NCBI GenBank assembly: GCA_964489045.1 | Contig: CAZAXI010000002.1 | Coordinates: 21,375 to 85,374 of the forward strand | Length of the DNA stretch: 64,000 nt | Direction of reading: 5' to 3' | Origin: an uncultured Granulicella sp. | GTDB taxonomy: Bacteria; Acidobacteriota; Terriglobia; Terriglobales; Acidobacteriaceae | Part shown: positions 37,001-45,295 of the stretch, in pieces | Position numbering within the stretch: position 1 is the first letter of the stretch | Layout of the letters: the number at the start of each line of letters is the position of its first letter | Translations under genes and position numbers: made by a program | The notes under the pieces: model-generated | What the model saw: only the letters and a program-made list of their open reading frames with translations | The model's database searches: none | Told to the model about the DNA's origin: nothing

Positions 37001-40000
37001 AATGCCTTCGCCCGCACCGACGGTATTGATCTGGGACTGGACTCCACCTGAGGTGATCTCATTGATTTCGTAGCCGCCGACGAAGAGATTCTCATTGCTG
37101 TCGACGATGAGGTTGGACGCCTGGGTGTTGGCCGGAGTGATGAGGGTGGTTGCTGCTGTGCCCGTGCCAACGATGGGAACCGTATAGACGTGTACGTAGT
37201 CAGTCTCGTAGATATTGCCGGTGTTGCCTACGCCGAGCGATTGGATGTAGGTGTTCGGAACGGGGAAGGGCACGGAGCCCTGGATGGCCTGGACGGTGTC
37301 GTAGGTCTTGGTCGGGCCATTGTAGGTCTGGTCGGCGATATAGAGAACGCCGGCGCCATCAATGCCGATACCGCGCGGGGAGTTCAGCCCCGTGACTGGG
37401 AGGGTGCCAACTACTCCGGCTCTGGTGACGGTGTAGATGGTGTTGGAGTTATCACCCAGAATGTAGACGGTCCCATTCTCGTCGACGATGGAGGTGTAGA
37501 GGTAGTTGGCATTGTTGAGAATTGGATTGGTGATTACGCCGGGCTGCACCATCGAGAACGGCCCCTGACCGATGCCATAGATCAGCAGCGTCGCCAGGCG
37601 CGTGGTTCCGCTCATCAGGAAGATGGCGTCCCTGCGGCCGCCGGGATACTGGGGCTGGAAGGTGACCGGGACCGAGCAGGTCTCGCTGCCCACCGCGCCA
37701 GTACAACTTACGGCCCCGATGCTGTAGCTCAGGCCGTAGTGCAGCGTGGCCGTGGGCGTAAACCCGGCGCCGTAGCCATTCATCTGGAAGGTCGCGGTGA
37801 GTGTCTGCGCCGACGCCAGCGGGATGCCTACCGGAGCGGGGTTGAAGACCAGCGGCGACGGAGCCACCACGTTGGCGGCAAGCCCGGTCCCGGTGAGCGT
37901 AATCGACTGTGGCGAGTTGCCGGCGTTGTCGGACACGGTGAGGCTGGCGGTGTTCGCGCCGGTGGCGGTTGGCGTGAAGTTGAGCGAGATATTGCAACTG
38001 GCGCCGGCCGCCAGCGTCGTTCCGCAAGCACTGCTGTTCAAGCCGAACGCGTTTGCATTGGTCCCGGTGACCGAGATGGAGATACTCGACAAGGTCGCGT
38101 TGCCGGTGTTCATCAGCACCGCAATCATGGAGGACGCGCTGGTGGTATTGATGGTCTGATTCCCGAAGGCAACCGGCGAAGGCGTGAGCGAGACCACGGG
38201 CGCAGGAATGGAGACACCGGTGCCGGCAAGTTTGATGGTCTGCGCCGCGAGCGTGCCGTTGCTGTTGACCGCGATCGCGCCGGTGTATGCGATCGCCGAG
38301 GTTGGGGTAAAGGTGACGGTAAGGGTGCAGGTCGCACCCGATGCAAGCGAGGTGAGACCCACGCAGGTGCCGCCGGTAACGGCAAACGCTCCCGTCGCCG
38401 TATAGGTCGTCTGCGAAAGCGTTAGCGTCGCGTTGCCGGTGTTCTCGAACGTGACCGTTTGCGGTGAGCTGGTGTTGCCAACATTCACGCTGCCGAACTG
38501 CAGATAGCCGGCCGGCCCCGAAGACATCACCGCGTCCGTCGAGAGGTTGTAGCCGTAATCCGGAATGATCAGATCGCCGTTGCTGTCCATAGCCGGAATA
38601 CCGATCCCGCCGATCTGGGCTGCGGTCGCCTCGCCGCCGGTGCTACCGGAGCCGCTACCGGCGACGGTGGTGATGTTGCCATTTACAGCCACCTTCCGCA
38701 CGGCATCAAAGCCCGGGGGATTGCCATTCGAATCCGACGCGATGAAGATGTCGCCGGCCAGGTCGACGGCGACTGCCGTGGCGTAGATCTCGGCGTTGGT
38801 CGCGGCTGCGCCATCGCCCATATCGCCCGCGGTGCCATTGCCTGCGACCGTGGTAATCATCCCCGTCGATACGGTGATCTTGCGGATGCGGTTGTTGTTG
38901 GTGTCCGCGATGTAGACGTTGCCGGCTGTATCAGTGGCAACGGCGCTCGGGAAGTTCACCTCGGCGGTGTTCGCAGCGATGTTGTCGCCGTTGTAGCCAG
39001 GTGTGCCCGAGCCGCTGGTGCCGAGTACGCCGGCGACAATAGTGGTCGCCCCAGAGGAGGCGGCAACCTTCAGGACAAGCGACGAATTGGTGCACGCAAT
39101 ATACAGGTTGTTCGATGAATCGAAGGCAATGCCTTCCGGTCCTGGGATGACCGTGTTGGGCGCGTTGGCGCCGGTGAAGAAGCCGTTGCCGGTCCCGGCA
39201 TAGGTGGTGATAACGCCGGTGGACGGCACCACCTTGCGGATGCGGAAGTTGCCGTTATCGGCGATATAGACGTTGTTTGAAGAATCGATCGCGATCCCAA
39301 TCGGGTTGCTCAGATGAGCCAAGGTGGCTTGCCCGTTGTCTCCGCTAAAACTGCCGGGGCCGTAACCGGGGACGCCGGCGAACGCCGTGATGTTGCCGTT
39401 AACGTCGAATTTGCGAACGTAATTTGCTCCGGAATCGACCACGTAGATATTTCCCAGGGAATCCTGGGCGACGGCGGCGGGCGAGTCGAAGGTGGCTAAC
39501 AGCGCTGATCCGCCATCTCCCGTGCCATTCACGGTCCCCGAGCCCGTTCCCGCGATTACGTTCAACTGCGACGGAGTGAACTGAAGCTGAGCTACCTGCG
39601 AGCTTTGTGTGACGACCACAGTTCGCTGCACCTGCGGCGCGGCGGAGTAGCTGGAGTTTCCGGCCTGGTTGGCGTCGATAACGAAGGTACCGGCGCTGGT
39701 GACCGTCAGCGTGCTGCCGGTAATGCTGCCGGTGCCGGTGCTAGTGCCGTCGATGGTGAAGACGACCGGGTTGCCGGATGCGCCTCCAGTGGCGACCAGA
39801 GGAATGGTCAGTCCCGAGGAGTAGGTCACCGGAGTTGTGGGTTGGGTGAAGCTGATGGTCTGCGGGGTCAGCGAAGCGATGCCTGTTCCGGTGAGCAAAA
39901 AACTCTGCGTAGCGTCATTCGAGTTTTCATACGGAATATCCTCGACCACGTAGAGATTATCGTCGGTGAATGTAAGCTGGCCGGACAGTGCGCCACTCGT

Positions 40001-42511
40001 CTGGGGAGCGAAGCTGATCAACACGCTGCATACACCGCTAACTGGAATGACGCCCGGGTTGCTGGCGGTTTGGGGGATGTTGGGACAGGCGTTTGTGGCG
40101 CCGGTCGCCCAGGTCCAATTCGCACTGATCGCGGGATTGATTCCTGAGGGGGATGGGATTTCCAGCGTGAGCGGCGCATTCCCTTTGTTTTCGACAAAGT
40201 AGGTGTAGGGGTCGGGAGCGCTTTGGCCGACGTTGGTGGTGCCGAGCCAGCTCCAGGAGGACGGAGTGTTGAAATCGAATCGATAGACAACTGTTCCGTC
40301 GGAGGCAAAGACATTCCCGTTCCCGTCGAGTCCCAGACCAAAGCTTGAACTGAAACCGCCCCAATTGCTGATGATTGTGGGCGAAGAGGGGATGACACCG
40401 TTGACGGCCTGGATTTCGACAAGGCCCTCAGTGCCATCCGATTCCCAAACGTTGCCCGCCGCATCGACTGCCAGTTCTTCCGGACTGGCCAGACCGCAAT
40501 AGACCCTGTTGATTGTCGGCGATGCGGGAACTTGGCCTGAAAACGCCGGGATCTCATACAGGCAGGTGTCAGTGCTGTTTCTGGGTGTGAAAAAGATGTC
40601 GCCGTTCTGATCAACGGCCAGAGCGCCGGGATTGGTGCTGGTTTCGATGGAGCGAATTGTGGGCGAGCTGGGAATCGAGCCGCCAACGGCAACGATCTCG
40701 TGGAGGCCCCCGGAATCGCCCACAAAGACATCGCCCAGACCGTCGATGGCGGTTGCACTGGGAGTCACCCATCCCGAACCGAGCGCGACGATCGTGGGCG
40801 AGGCAGGGATGACGCCGCCAATGGCCTCGGCCTCGAGGATCCGGCTGGAGCCGGCGTCATTCCAAATCAGGTCGCCGGCTCCGTCGATGGCGATGGAGCT
40901 GGGAAGGTTGGCCGGCGCGACCGTCTTCTGAGTCTGATAGGAAGGGGCGACCAGCTCGATGATTGCGTCGCCGGCCTGGTCGGCGATAAAGATATCGTGG
41001 TTCCTGTCGACAGCGACACCCTCGGGCTTCGTAAGGCCCGCGCCCAAAGTCAGACCCGAGGTACCAATGGAACTGACGCTCCCGTAATACGTGCTGTTCG
41101 CGCTATAGTAGGCGGCGAAGTTGACCATGGGCCCCACACCCACGCCGAGCAGGGGTGCGGTAGCGATGGGCGCACCGCCGCTGGTGCTGTACAGTTGCAC
41201 CGCTCCCATCCGGGCACCGGGGTAGAGGGGCGTCAACTTGACGATGACAATGCAGGTGTCGGCGTTCGTGCCGTTGCCGTAGACATAACTCGTGCCGTTG
41301 GTGGTGCAGGTACCGGTGAGGTTATCTTTGAAGTCCTGGCTAGTGGCGCCTTGCGTATAGACGGCGGGCGCTGCGATGGTGCCTTGAGTTGGGAAGCCAA
41401 ACAGGAGGAATTGATACGGGTCCTGTGCGGATGTTTGGTTCGCCTCGGAACCTGCGCCGGTAGTCAACTGGCCGAAGAGTGCTGCCTGCGCCAGCTCGTT
41501 GACCTCGTCACCGCCGGTGAAGAAGACGTTATTGTGAGCATCGATAGCAATACTGCCGACATTCTGGGTATTGCCGACATTGTCGCTGCTTTCGAAGGTG
41601 ATGATTTGGGGGTTGCTGGGAACGCTGCCGCCCGAAGCCAGCATCTCCTTGAGCTCAGAATTCCCATTGTCCGCGACAAAGACATCGCCCTGTGAGTCGA
41701 CGGCCACGCCATAGGGTTTGCTGAATCCACTGCCGAGAACCTTGATGGTTGGATTGCTGGCGGGGATCGATCCGCCAACGGCAATCATTTCCTCGATTTC
41801 GCTGTTGTTCGTGTCCGCGACAAAGACGTCACCGCTCGCATCGACCCACACGCCTCTGGGATTGGAGAAATCGTACCAGGCAACGGCGGTGGGATTCGCG
41901 GGGATCGATCCGCCCACGGCCTCCAGCTCAATGACTCCGTCGTTATTGCCTTCTGTAACCCAAAGATTGCCCCTGCTGTCAAAGGCCAGCCCCCAGGGCT
42001 CGTCTGCCCCGGTCGAGATGGTGATGGTATTGATTGTGGGCGACGCGGGGATGGTACCGTTCACGGCGACGATTTCAAAGACTTTGCCGTTTTGGGTCGC
42101 ATCGGCCACAAAGACGTCGCCTACTGCGTCTACGGCGATGCCGGTTGGAAGGCCGAAGGTGCCGGAGGGCACATTCACTTGCTGCCCGGACGATTCGAGC
42201 GGAACGACTCCGTTCACCGCTGGAAACTCGATAAGTCCGTTAAACTCAGTCGTCACCCATAGATTTCCCTGAGCGTCGACGGCGGTCCCGAATGCAGAGG
42301 AGGTGCTGCTGCCAACCCACCGTTGTTCGCCCATGAAAACGGCCGACTGGGCATGAGCGATCAGCGCCGTGCCCAGGCCGAGGAATACCAGCAAGGCTCT
42401 GAGCAGCCAATTGCCGCGGCGGCGAAGCGCGCCCCGTGCGCGGACCTCGCGTATCGCGAGGGCTTCTTTGCACCGGTTGGTGTGCCCAACATGGAGAGCT
42501 TGGCCTGTCAT
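34031..42511 (-). CDS. Giant secreted surface protein: several NHL-type beta-propellers, ~10 Ig-like (choice-of-anchor D/ASH-like) domains, C-terminal TM hairpin with lipobox
   Basis: GGAAGGAG RBS before ATG 42511, signal peptide (AHA-Q), P.GiAvD..GnvfvAD repeats, Cys-paired Ig repeats, and RRLRR...LAISGCGGG near the end. Confidence 0.9.
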   Translation of the reverse strand: MTGQALHVGHTNRCKEALAIREVRARGALRRRGNWLLRALLVFLGLGTALIAHAQSAVFMGEQRWVGSSTSSAFGTAVDAQGNLWVTTEFNGLIEFPAVNGVVPLESSGQQVNVPSGTFGLPTGIAVDAVGDVFVADATQNGKVFEIVAVNGTIPASPTINTITISTGADEPWGLAFDSRGNLWVTEGNNDGVIELEAVGGSIPANPTAVAWYDFSNPRGVWVDASGDVFVADTNNSEIEEMIAVGGSIPASNPTIKVLGSGFSKPYGVAVDSQGDVFVADNGNSELKEMLASGGSVPSNPQIITFESSDNVGNTQNVGSIAIDAHNNVFFTGGDEVNELAQAALFGQLTTGAGSEANQTSAQDPYQFLLFGFPTQGTIAAPAVYTQGATSQDFKDNLTGTCTTNGTSYVYGNGTNADTCIVIVKLTPLYPGARMGAVQLYSTSGGAPIATAPLLGVGVGPMVNFAAYYSANSTYYGSVSSIGTSGLTLGAGLTKPEGVAVDRNHDIFIADQAGDAIIELVAPSYQTQKTVAPANLPSSIAIDGAGDLIWNDAGSSRILEAEAIGGVIPASPTIVALGSGWVTPSATAIDGLGDVFVGDSGGLHEIVAVGGSIPSSPTIRSIETSTNPGALAVDQNGDIFFTPRNSTDTCLYEIPAFSGQVPASPTINRVYCGLASPEELAVDAAGNVWESDGTEGLVEIQAVNGVIPSSPTIISNWGGFSSSFGLGLDGNGNVFASDGTVVYRFDFNTPSSWSWLGTTNVGQSAPDPYTYFVENKGNAPLTLEIPSPSGINPAISANWTWATGATNACPNIPQTASNPGVIPVSGVCSVLISFAPQTSGALSGQLTFTDDNLYVVEDIPYENSNDATQSFLLTGTGIASLTPQTISFTQPTTPVTYSSGLTIPLVATGGASGNPVVFTIDGTSTGTGSITGSTLTVTSAGTFVIDANQAGNSSYSAAPQVQRTVVVTQSSQVAQLQFTPSQLNVIAGTGSGTVNGTGDGGSALLATFDSPAAVAQDSLGNIYVVDSGANYVRKFDVNGNITAFAGVPGYGPGSFSGDNGQATLAHLSNPIGIAIDSSNNVYIADNGNFRIRKVVPSTGVITTYAGTGNGFFTGANAPNTVIPGPEGIAFDSSNNLYIACTNSSLVLKVAASSGATTIVAGVLGTSGSGTPGYNGDNIAANTAEVNFPSAVATDTAGNVYIADTNNNRIRKITVSTGMITTVAGNGTAGDMGDGAAATNAEIYATAVAVDLAGDIFIASDSNGNPPGFDAVRKVAVNGNITTVAGSGSGSTGGEATAAQIGGIGIPAMDSNGDLIIPDYGYNLSTDAVMSSGPAGYLQFGSVNVGNTSSPQTVTFENTGNATLTLSQTTYTATGAFAVTGGTCVGLTSLASGATCTLTVTFTPTSAIAYTGAIAVNSNGTLAAQTIKLAGTGVSIPAPVVSLTPSPVAFGNQTINTTSASSMIAVLMNTGNATLSSISISVTGTNANAFGLNSSACGTTLAAGASCNISLNFTPTATGANTASLTVSDNAGNSPQSITLTGTGLAANVVAPSPLVFNPAPVGIPLASAQTLTATFQMNGYGAGFTPTATLHYGLSYSIGAVSCTGAVGSETCSVPVTFQPQYPGGRRDAIFLMSGTTRLATLLIYGIGQGPFSMVQPGVITNPILNNANYLYTSIVDENGTVYILGDNSNTIYTVTRAGVVGTLPVTGLNSPRGIGIDGAGVLYIADQTYNGPTKTYDTVQAIQGSVPFPVPNTYIQSLGVGNTGNIYETDYVHVYTVPIVGTGTAATTLITPANTQASNLIVDSNENLFVGGYEINEITSGGVQSQINTVGAGEGIGVDPADTVYATRYTLGGVAELAASSYSTALAYLDSTASPLGMSIAPDGTVYVGNYTNLDKVDRTQGLIAFGEQSQALGTASPQQIATIYNGGNQTLTISNIAITGNPFSIQTAPTGTNCSNGGTVAPGALCQIAVVVTPAHAGVFSGSITVTSNSLNTTSTTQTIALTAFAYGVYVTPPSPSLTFPNQIVNTTSAAQTITLTNNGDLYTATFGTPVSGNSVYSVGLGTCTTGIAVGASCNLSVTFTPTLAQSYNNVTATVPYSSSGGGAAPAPVTITLSGTGIPAAAPQAVLSPNPLAFPGTLVGTPASTMPMTLSNPGNAALTITSISVTGTNASSFGQSNNCGGSLAAGATCTITVAFTPGSTGSLTAAISVADNATGSPQSAVITGTGTAPQAVLSPNPLPFPSTLVGTAATALPMTLSNPGTAALTITGISVTGTNASSFGQANNCGSSLAAGANCTITVTFTPGSTGGLTAAISVADNATGSPQSATVTGTGTQPQAMLAPNPLAFPSTRVGTAATALPITLSNPGTAALTITSIAVTGTNASSFGETNNCGSSLAASATCTITVTFTPASAGSLSAAISVADNATGSPQSATLTGTGTAPQAVLSPNPLAFPNTLVGTPATALPMTLSNPGTAALTITSISVTGTNASSFGETNNCGSSLAAGATCTITVTFTPASAASLTAAISVADNATGSPQSATLTGTGTAPLVPQAVLTPNPLAFPSTTINTSSTLPLTLSNPGNTALTITSISVTGANASSFGETNNCGSSLAVGATCTITVTFTPASAASLTAAISVADNAAGSPQSATLTGTGSAGIYAVNSSTPAASIQPGAVAQYNLNIVPLGGSFNNLVTLSATGLPAGAQVSFQPPAVTPGSAGAPSVMSIQTSTGLARLATPEPHRQNPVPLLAVLAGLPLLGLAAGRRLRRSTQRWMLLGLAVLAILPALAISGCGGGYFGPAPQTYTVTVVGTSGSLQETTTVSLTVQ
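34551..36139 (-). repeat. Five tandem ~318-bp intragenic Ig-domain repeats
   Basis: The unit PQAVLSPNPLAFP...NCGSSLAAGATCTITVTFTP...SPQSATLTGTG recurs five times with high DNA similarity. Confidence 0.92.
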
Positions 42512-43010
42512 AGCAACTCCTTCCTGTACCCCTCTTGAGCGCTTCAGAACGAACAAATCCGTCCTGCAGGGAATCTGCGAACTCATGCGGCGCACGACCG
42601 CCGCAGCAGCTGGGGAGGGTGGAGAGAATCTCCTGCTATTTCAATTGCAAATGATGGCCCGGAATATTTGTGACAGGTTTAACTCGACAGGCGTCGGCAA
42701 TGCGTGAAGCAGTCAGAGGAACCGAACGGACCGCTATCTCATACCCTGAAACACGCCACCGATTCCAAAGACTATACACCAGAGCAGTTATGCCTAAACA
42801 GTGGCTCTGAAAATGCTTTGTTGACGATGGGGCTTTACCGCGAAATGAGGAACAAGCCTTCGATCTGGATTGTGCCCCACCTGGACAACTGAGGGCCGTA
42901 CCGCATCAGTGCCGCCAACCTTGAACGATAGGCTACAAGCCCTGTTGCTTTCCTCAACGGCCAGCCGCCAGCGCGGGACTTGTCTGGAAAGACGATGGGT
43001 CATCTGAGCG

Positions 43011-44495
43011 TCATCTCAAGGGAGGATCGACTGGGTTGTACTTTTTTGCCAGCTCTGTCGTCGATACCACGTCCGCTGCCGGCGGATTGACCGCCTTCTC
43101 CACCTCCACTCCGAAGACGTAGCTGGGCCCGAACATGTTGCCGGTAAAGATCACCATCTTGTTGTCCGGCGTAAAGCGCACGTTGGGCTCTTCGTGGTAG
43201 TTGTGGTGCGACATGTTCACCAGGTGTTCGGTGTGGAATACGCCCGGCTGCCAGAAGTCCGGCGAGTTGACCGCAAGGGAATCACCCCGGATCAACTGCG
43301 GACGGAAGAGTTCGATCCAGTCGCAATCCCTGGCAGTTGGTCCCTGGCCGGGGAAGGTGCCGTCGCCGGTGAAGAGCGAGAGGTCCTTGGTGACGTTCAC
43401 ATGAATGGAGCCGTCGTCACGCCCGGTGTGATAGGCGAAGCGCTGACCGGTCTTCACGTTGTAGCCGGCGACGAAGTTGGAGTCGGCGTTGCGGGGATAG
43501 GCCCACTGGTACCAGATGGTTTCGCCGTCGGGGCCCCAGAACTCGTGGCCCCAGATCTCCATGTACATGGTGCGTTTGTGGATCAGCGTGTTATGGGTGC
43601 CGTCGGTGTGGATCATCCAGATGCGGTCGACATCCTGCCATATGCCCTCGTGGCAGTACATCAGCAGGCTGGGATCGGTGGGCGAGAACAACAGGTGGTT
43701 CACCCAGTCGGTGGAGTGGAGTAGCGGCTTGACGTCGCCGGGCTTCTCGCCATTCGGCCCCGGCTCCAGACGGAGCGTGAACAGCACGAGGGGAAGTTTT
43801 GCAGCGAGGCGCGCGACCATCATCGCGCTTTTGTTGGGGGGCTGATAGTGCGGCCCCTGAGCTGCGCTGCCAACGCGGTTGTCCGGATTCCCGGCCGCCC
43901 CGGGCGCTGCGCCCGCAGGCTGCGCGGGCAGGTTGGAGCCATATTGCCTCCCCGTATCGTCCCCTTCGACGTAGGTTCCGGCGATCAGCGTTTCGTCCGC
44001 ATTCACGCTGACAACCGACCAGCCGGAGGTGTTGGGTGGATGAGGCACCACCGCCAGTTTGCGCACGGCGCCAGTGTTGGTGTCAGCCTTGTAAACTGAG
44101 GTGACCTTGTTGGCATCCGTGGAAGTGTAGAAGACGCTGTTGGTCCTGTGGCCCGCAACCAGAATATGGACGACTCCGGGGTCGCGGCCACTCGCGGGGG
44201 TGCCGTCGGGCTGCTTCGGGTTGGCGACCAGGAGTTTGGTGGCGCGCGTGGCCAGATCCAGCACGTGAATGCCGTCCGGCGCGGAGTAGATCATCTGCTT
44301 CTCATCCGGCGTATAGCCGTTGATGTTGAAGTAGAAGGCGCCGGAGTTGGGCTCATCGCTCAGCCGCCACACCCGATGCCCGGTGTCCTTGTCCACCCAG
44401 GTCCTCGGCGGCATGGGGTCGCCCGGTTTGGTCTGCGCGATGCAGGCGAGCGGAAGCAGGATGACGGCGAGTGCAGCGGCTGGGTTGGGGCGCAT
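43011..44495 (-). CDS. Secreted oligogalacturonate lyase-family (PL22/Ogl-like) beta-propeller
   Basis: WVD..TGHRV.RL, WVNHLLFSP.DP..LMYCHEG.W, GHEFW, H.NV, EPNVRFTPD. Signal peptide present. Confidence 0.85.
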   Translation of the reverse strand: MRPNPAAALAVILLPLACIAQTKPGDPMPPRTWVDKDTGHRVWRLSDEPNSGAFYFNINGYTPDEKQMIYSAPDGIHVLDLATRATKLLVANPKQPDGTPASGRDPGVVHILVAGHRTNSVFYTSTDANKVTSVYKADTNTGAVRKLAVVPHPPNTSGWSVVSVNADETLIAGTYVEGDDTGRQYGSNLPAQPAGAAPGAAGNPDNRVGSAAQGPHYQPPNKSAMMVARLAAKLPLVLFTLRLEPGPNGEKPGDVKPLLHSTDWVNHLLFSPTDPSLLMYCHEGIWQDVDRIWMIHTDGTHNTLIHKRTMYMEIWGHEFWGPDGETIWYQWAYPRNADSNFVAGYNVKTGQRFAYHTGRDDGSIHVNVTKDLSLFTGDGTFPGQGPTARDCDWIELFRPQLIRGDSLAVNSPDFWQPGVFHTEHLVNMSHHNYHEEPNVRFTPDNKMVIFTGNMFGPSYVFGVEVEKAVNPPAADVVSTTELAKKYNPVDPPLR

Positions 44496-44714
44496 AGAAA
44501 CCTCTCCTTCGAATGGCGCGCCGGGATGAAAGACGCGACCGGTTGGATCAACGAATTCTCCAGGCACAATCGACAGCGCCGTCGCACAAATTGCACAAGA
44601 GTTATACACCGTTGAGCATTCGATGGGAAAATGTCAATCAGTACTAAAGCTGGCCGAGTGCCAGTTTGCAACTCTGAATAGACTGTCCAAAGTCTGCGTG
44701 CATTGAAAGGCGTG

Positions 44715-45290
44715 ATGAGAATCTTGATCGGGAAAAGTCGAGCTGTCCCGGTTCTCCTGGCTGCATCGCTGGCCATCATTGCACCTTGCGCTTTGGGACA
44801 GAATTCGACGAATCCTACGAGTCAACTAGAGGACGCTCATAAACAATACCTGGCCCTCTCGCTAGGAAACGGGCTCGAGCGAGGGTCAAACCAGAAAACC
44901 CTGAATCGCTACGGGGTCCCTTTCCTCGACGGAGCGCTGCCTCTCCAACCGGGCGGCACCGCTGAGGTGAGTGTCGGAGGCCGGGTGGGCCGCATCTTCC
45001 TGCTGGGGATGACGGATGTCAACGTGCCTACCACTACGGCGGCGGACCTTCAAGATGAGTCACTCCATCCCGGGTCGGGTGGAAGAAACTATCCCCCCTA
45101 TGGCTGGGCCGATCCGCGGGATTCTTCCTACCGCTTTTTTGTCGGCGAAGAACTCGCGCGAATTCGCCTGAACTATGCTGACGGCGCCACGCAGGTCTTC
45201 CCTCTTCTTCTGGGCGAAGGCGTCTGGTGGGGCCGCCCGTTCTACGACTTTCAGGAGCCCTTTCCCACGCATGCCGAATACAAGAAATAA
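44715..45290 (+). pseudogene. Secreted protein, probably a truncated N-terminal fragment of a larger carbohydrate-active protein
   Basis: Signal peptide plus a beta-sandwich-like segment (RIFLLGM...IRLNYADG...PLLLG). Stops abruptly 5 bp from the convergent gene's stop. Confidence 0.45.
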
Positions 45291-45295
45291 ACAAG

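Noticed and set aside
42512..43010. Long leader upstream of the giant surface protein checked for a c-di-GMP or other riboswitch
   Set aside because: No recognisable conserved riboswitch motif by eye; an Rfam/Infernal scan would be needed.
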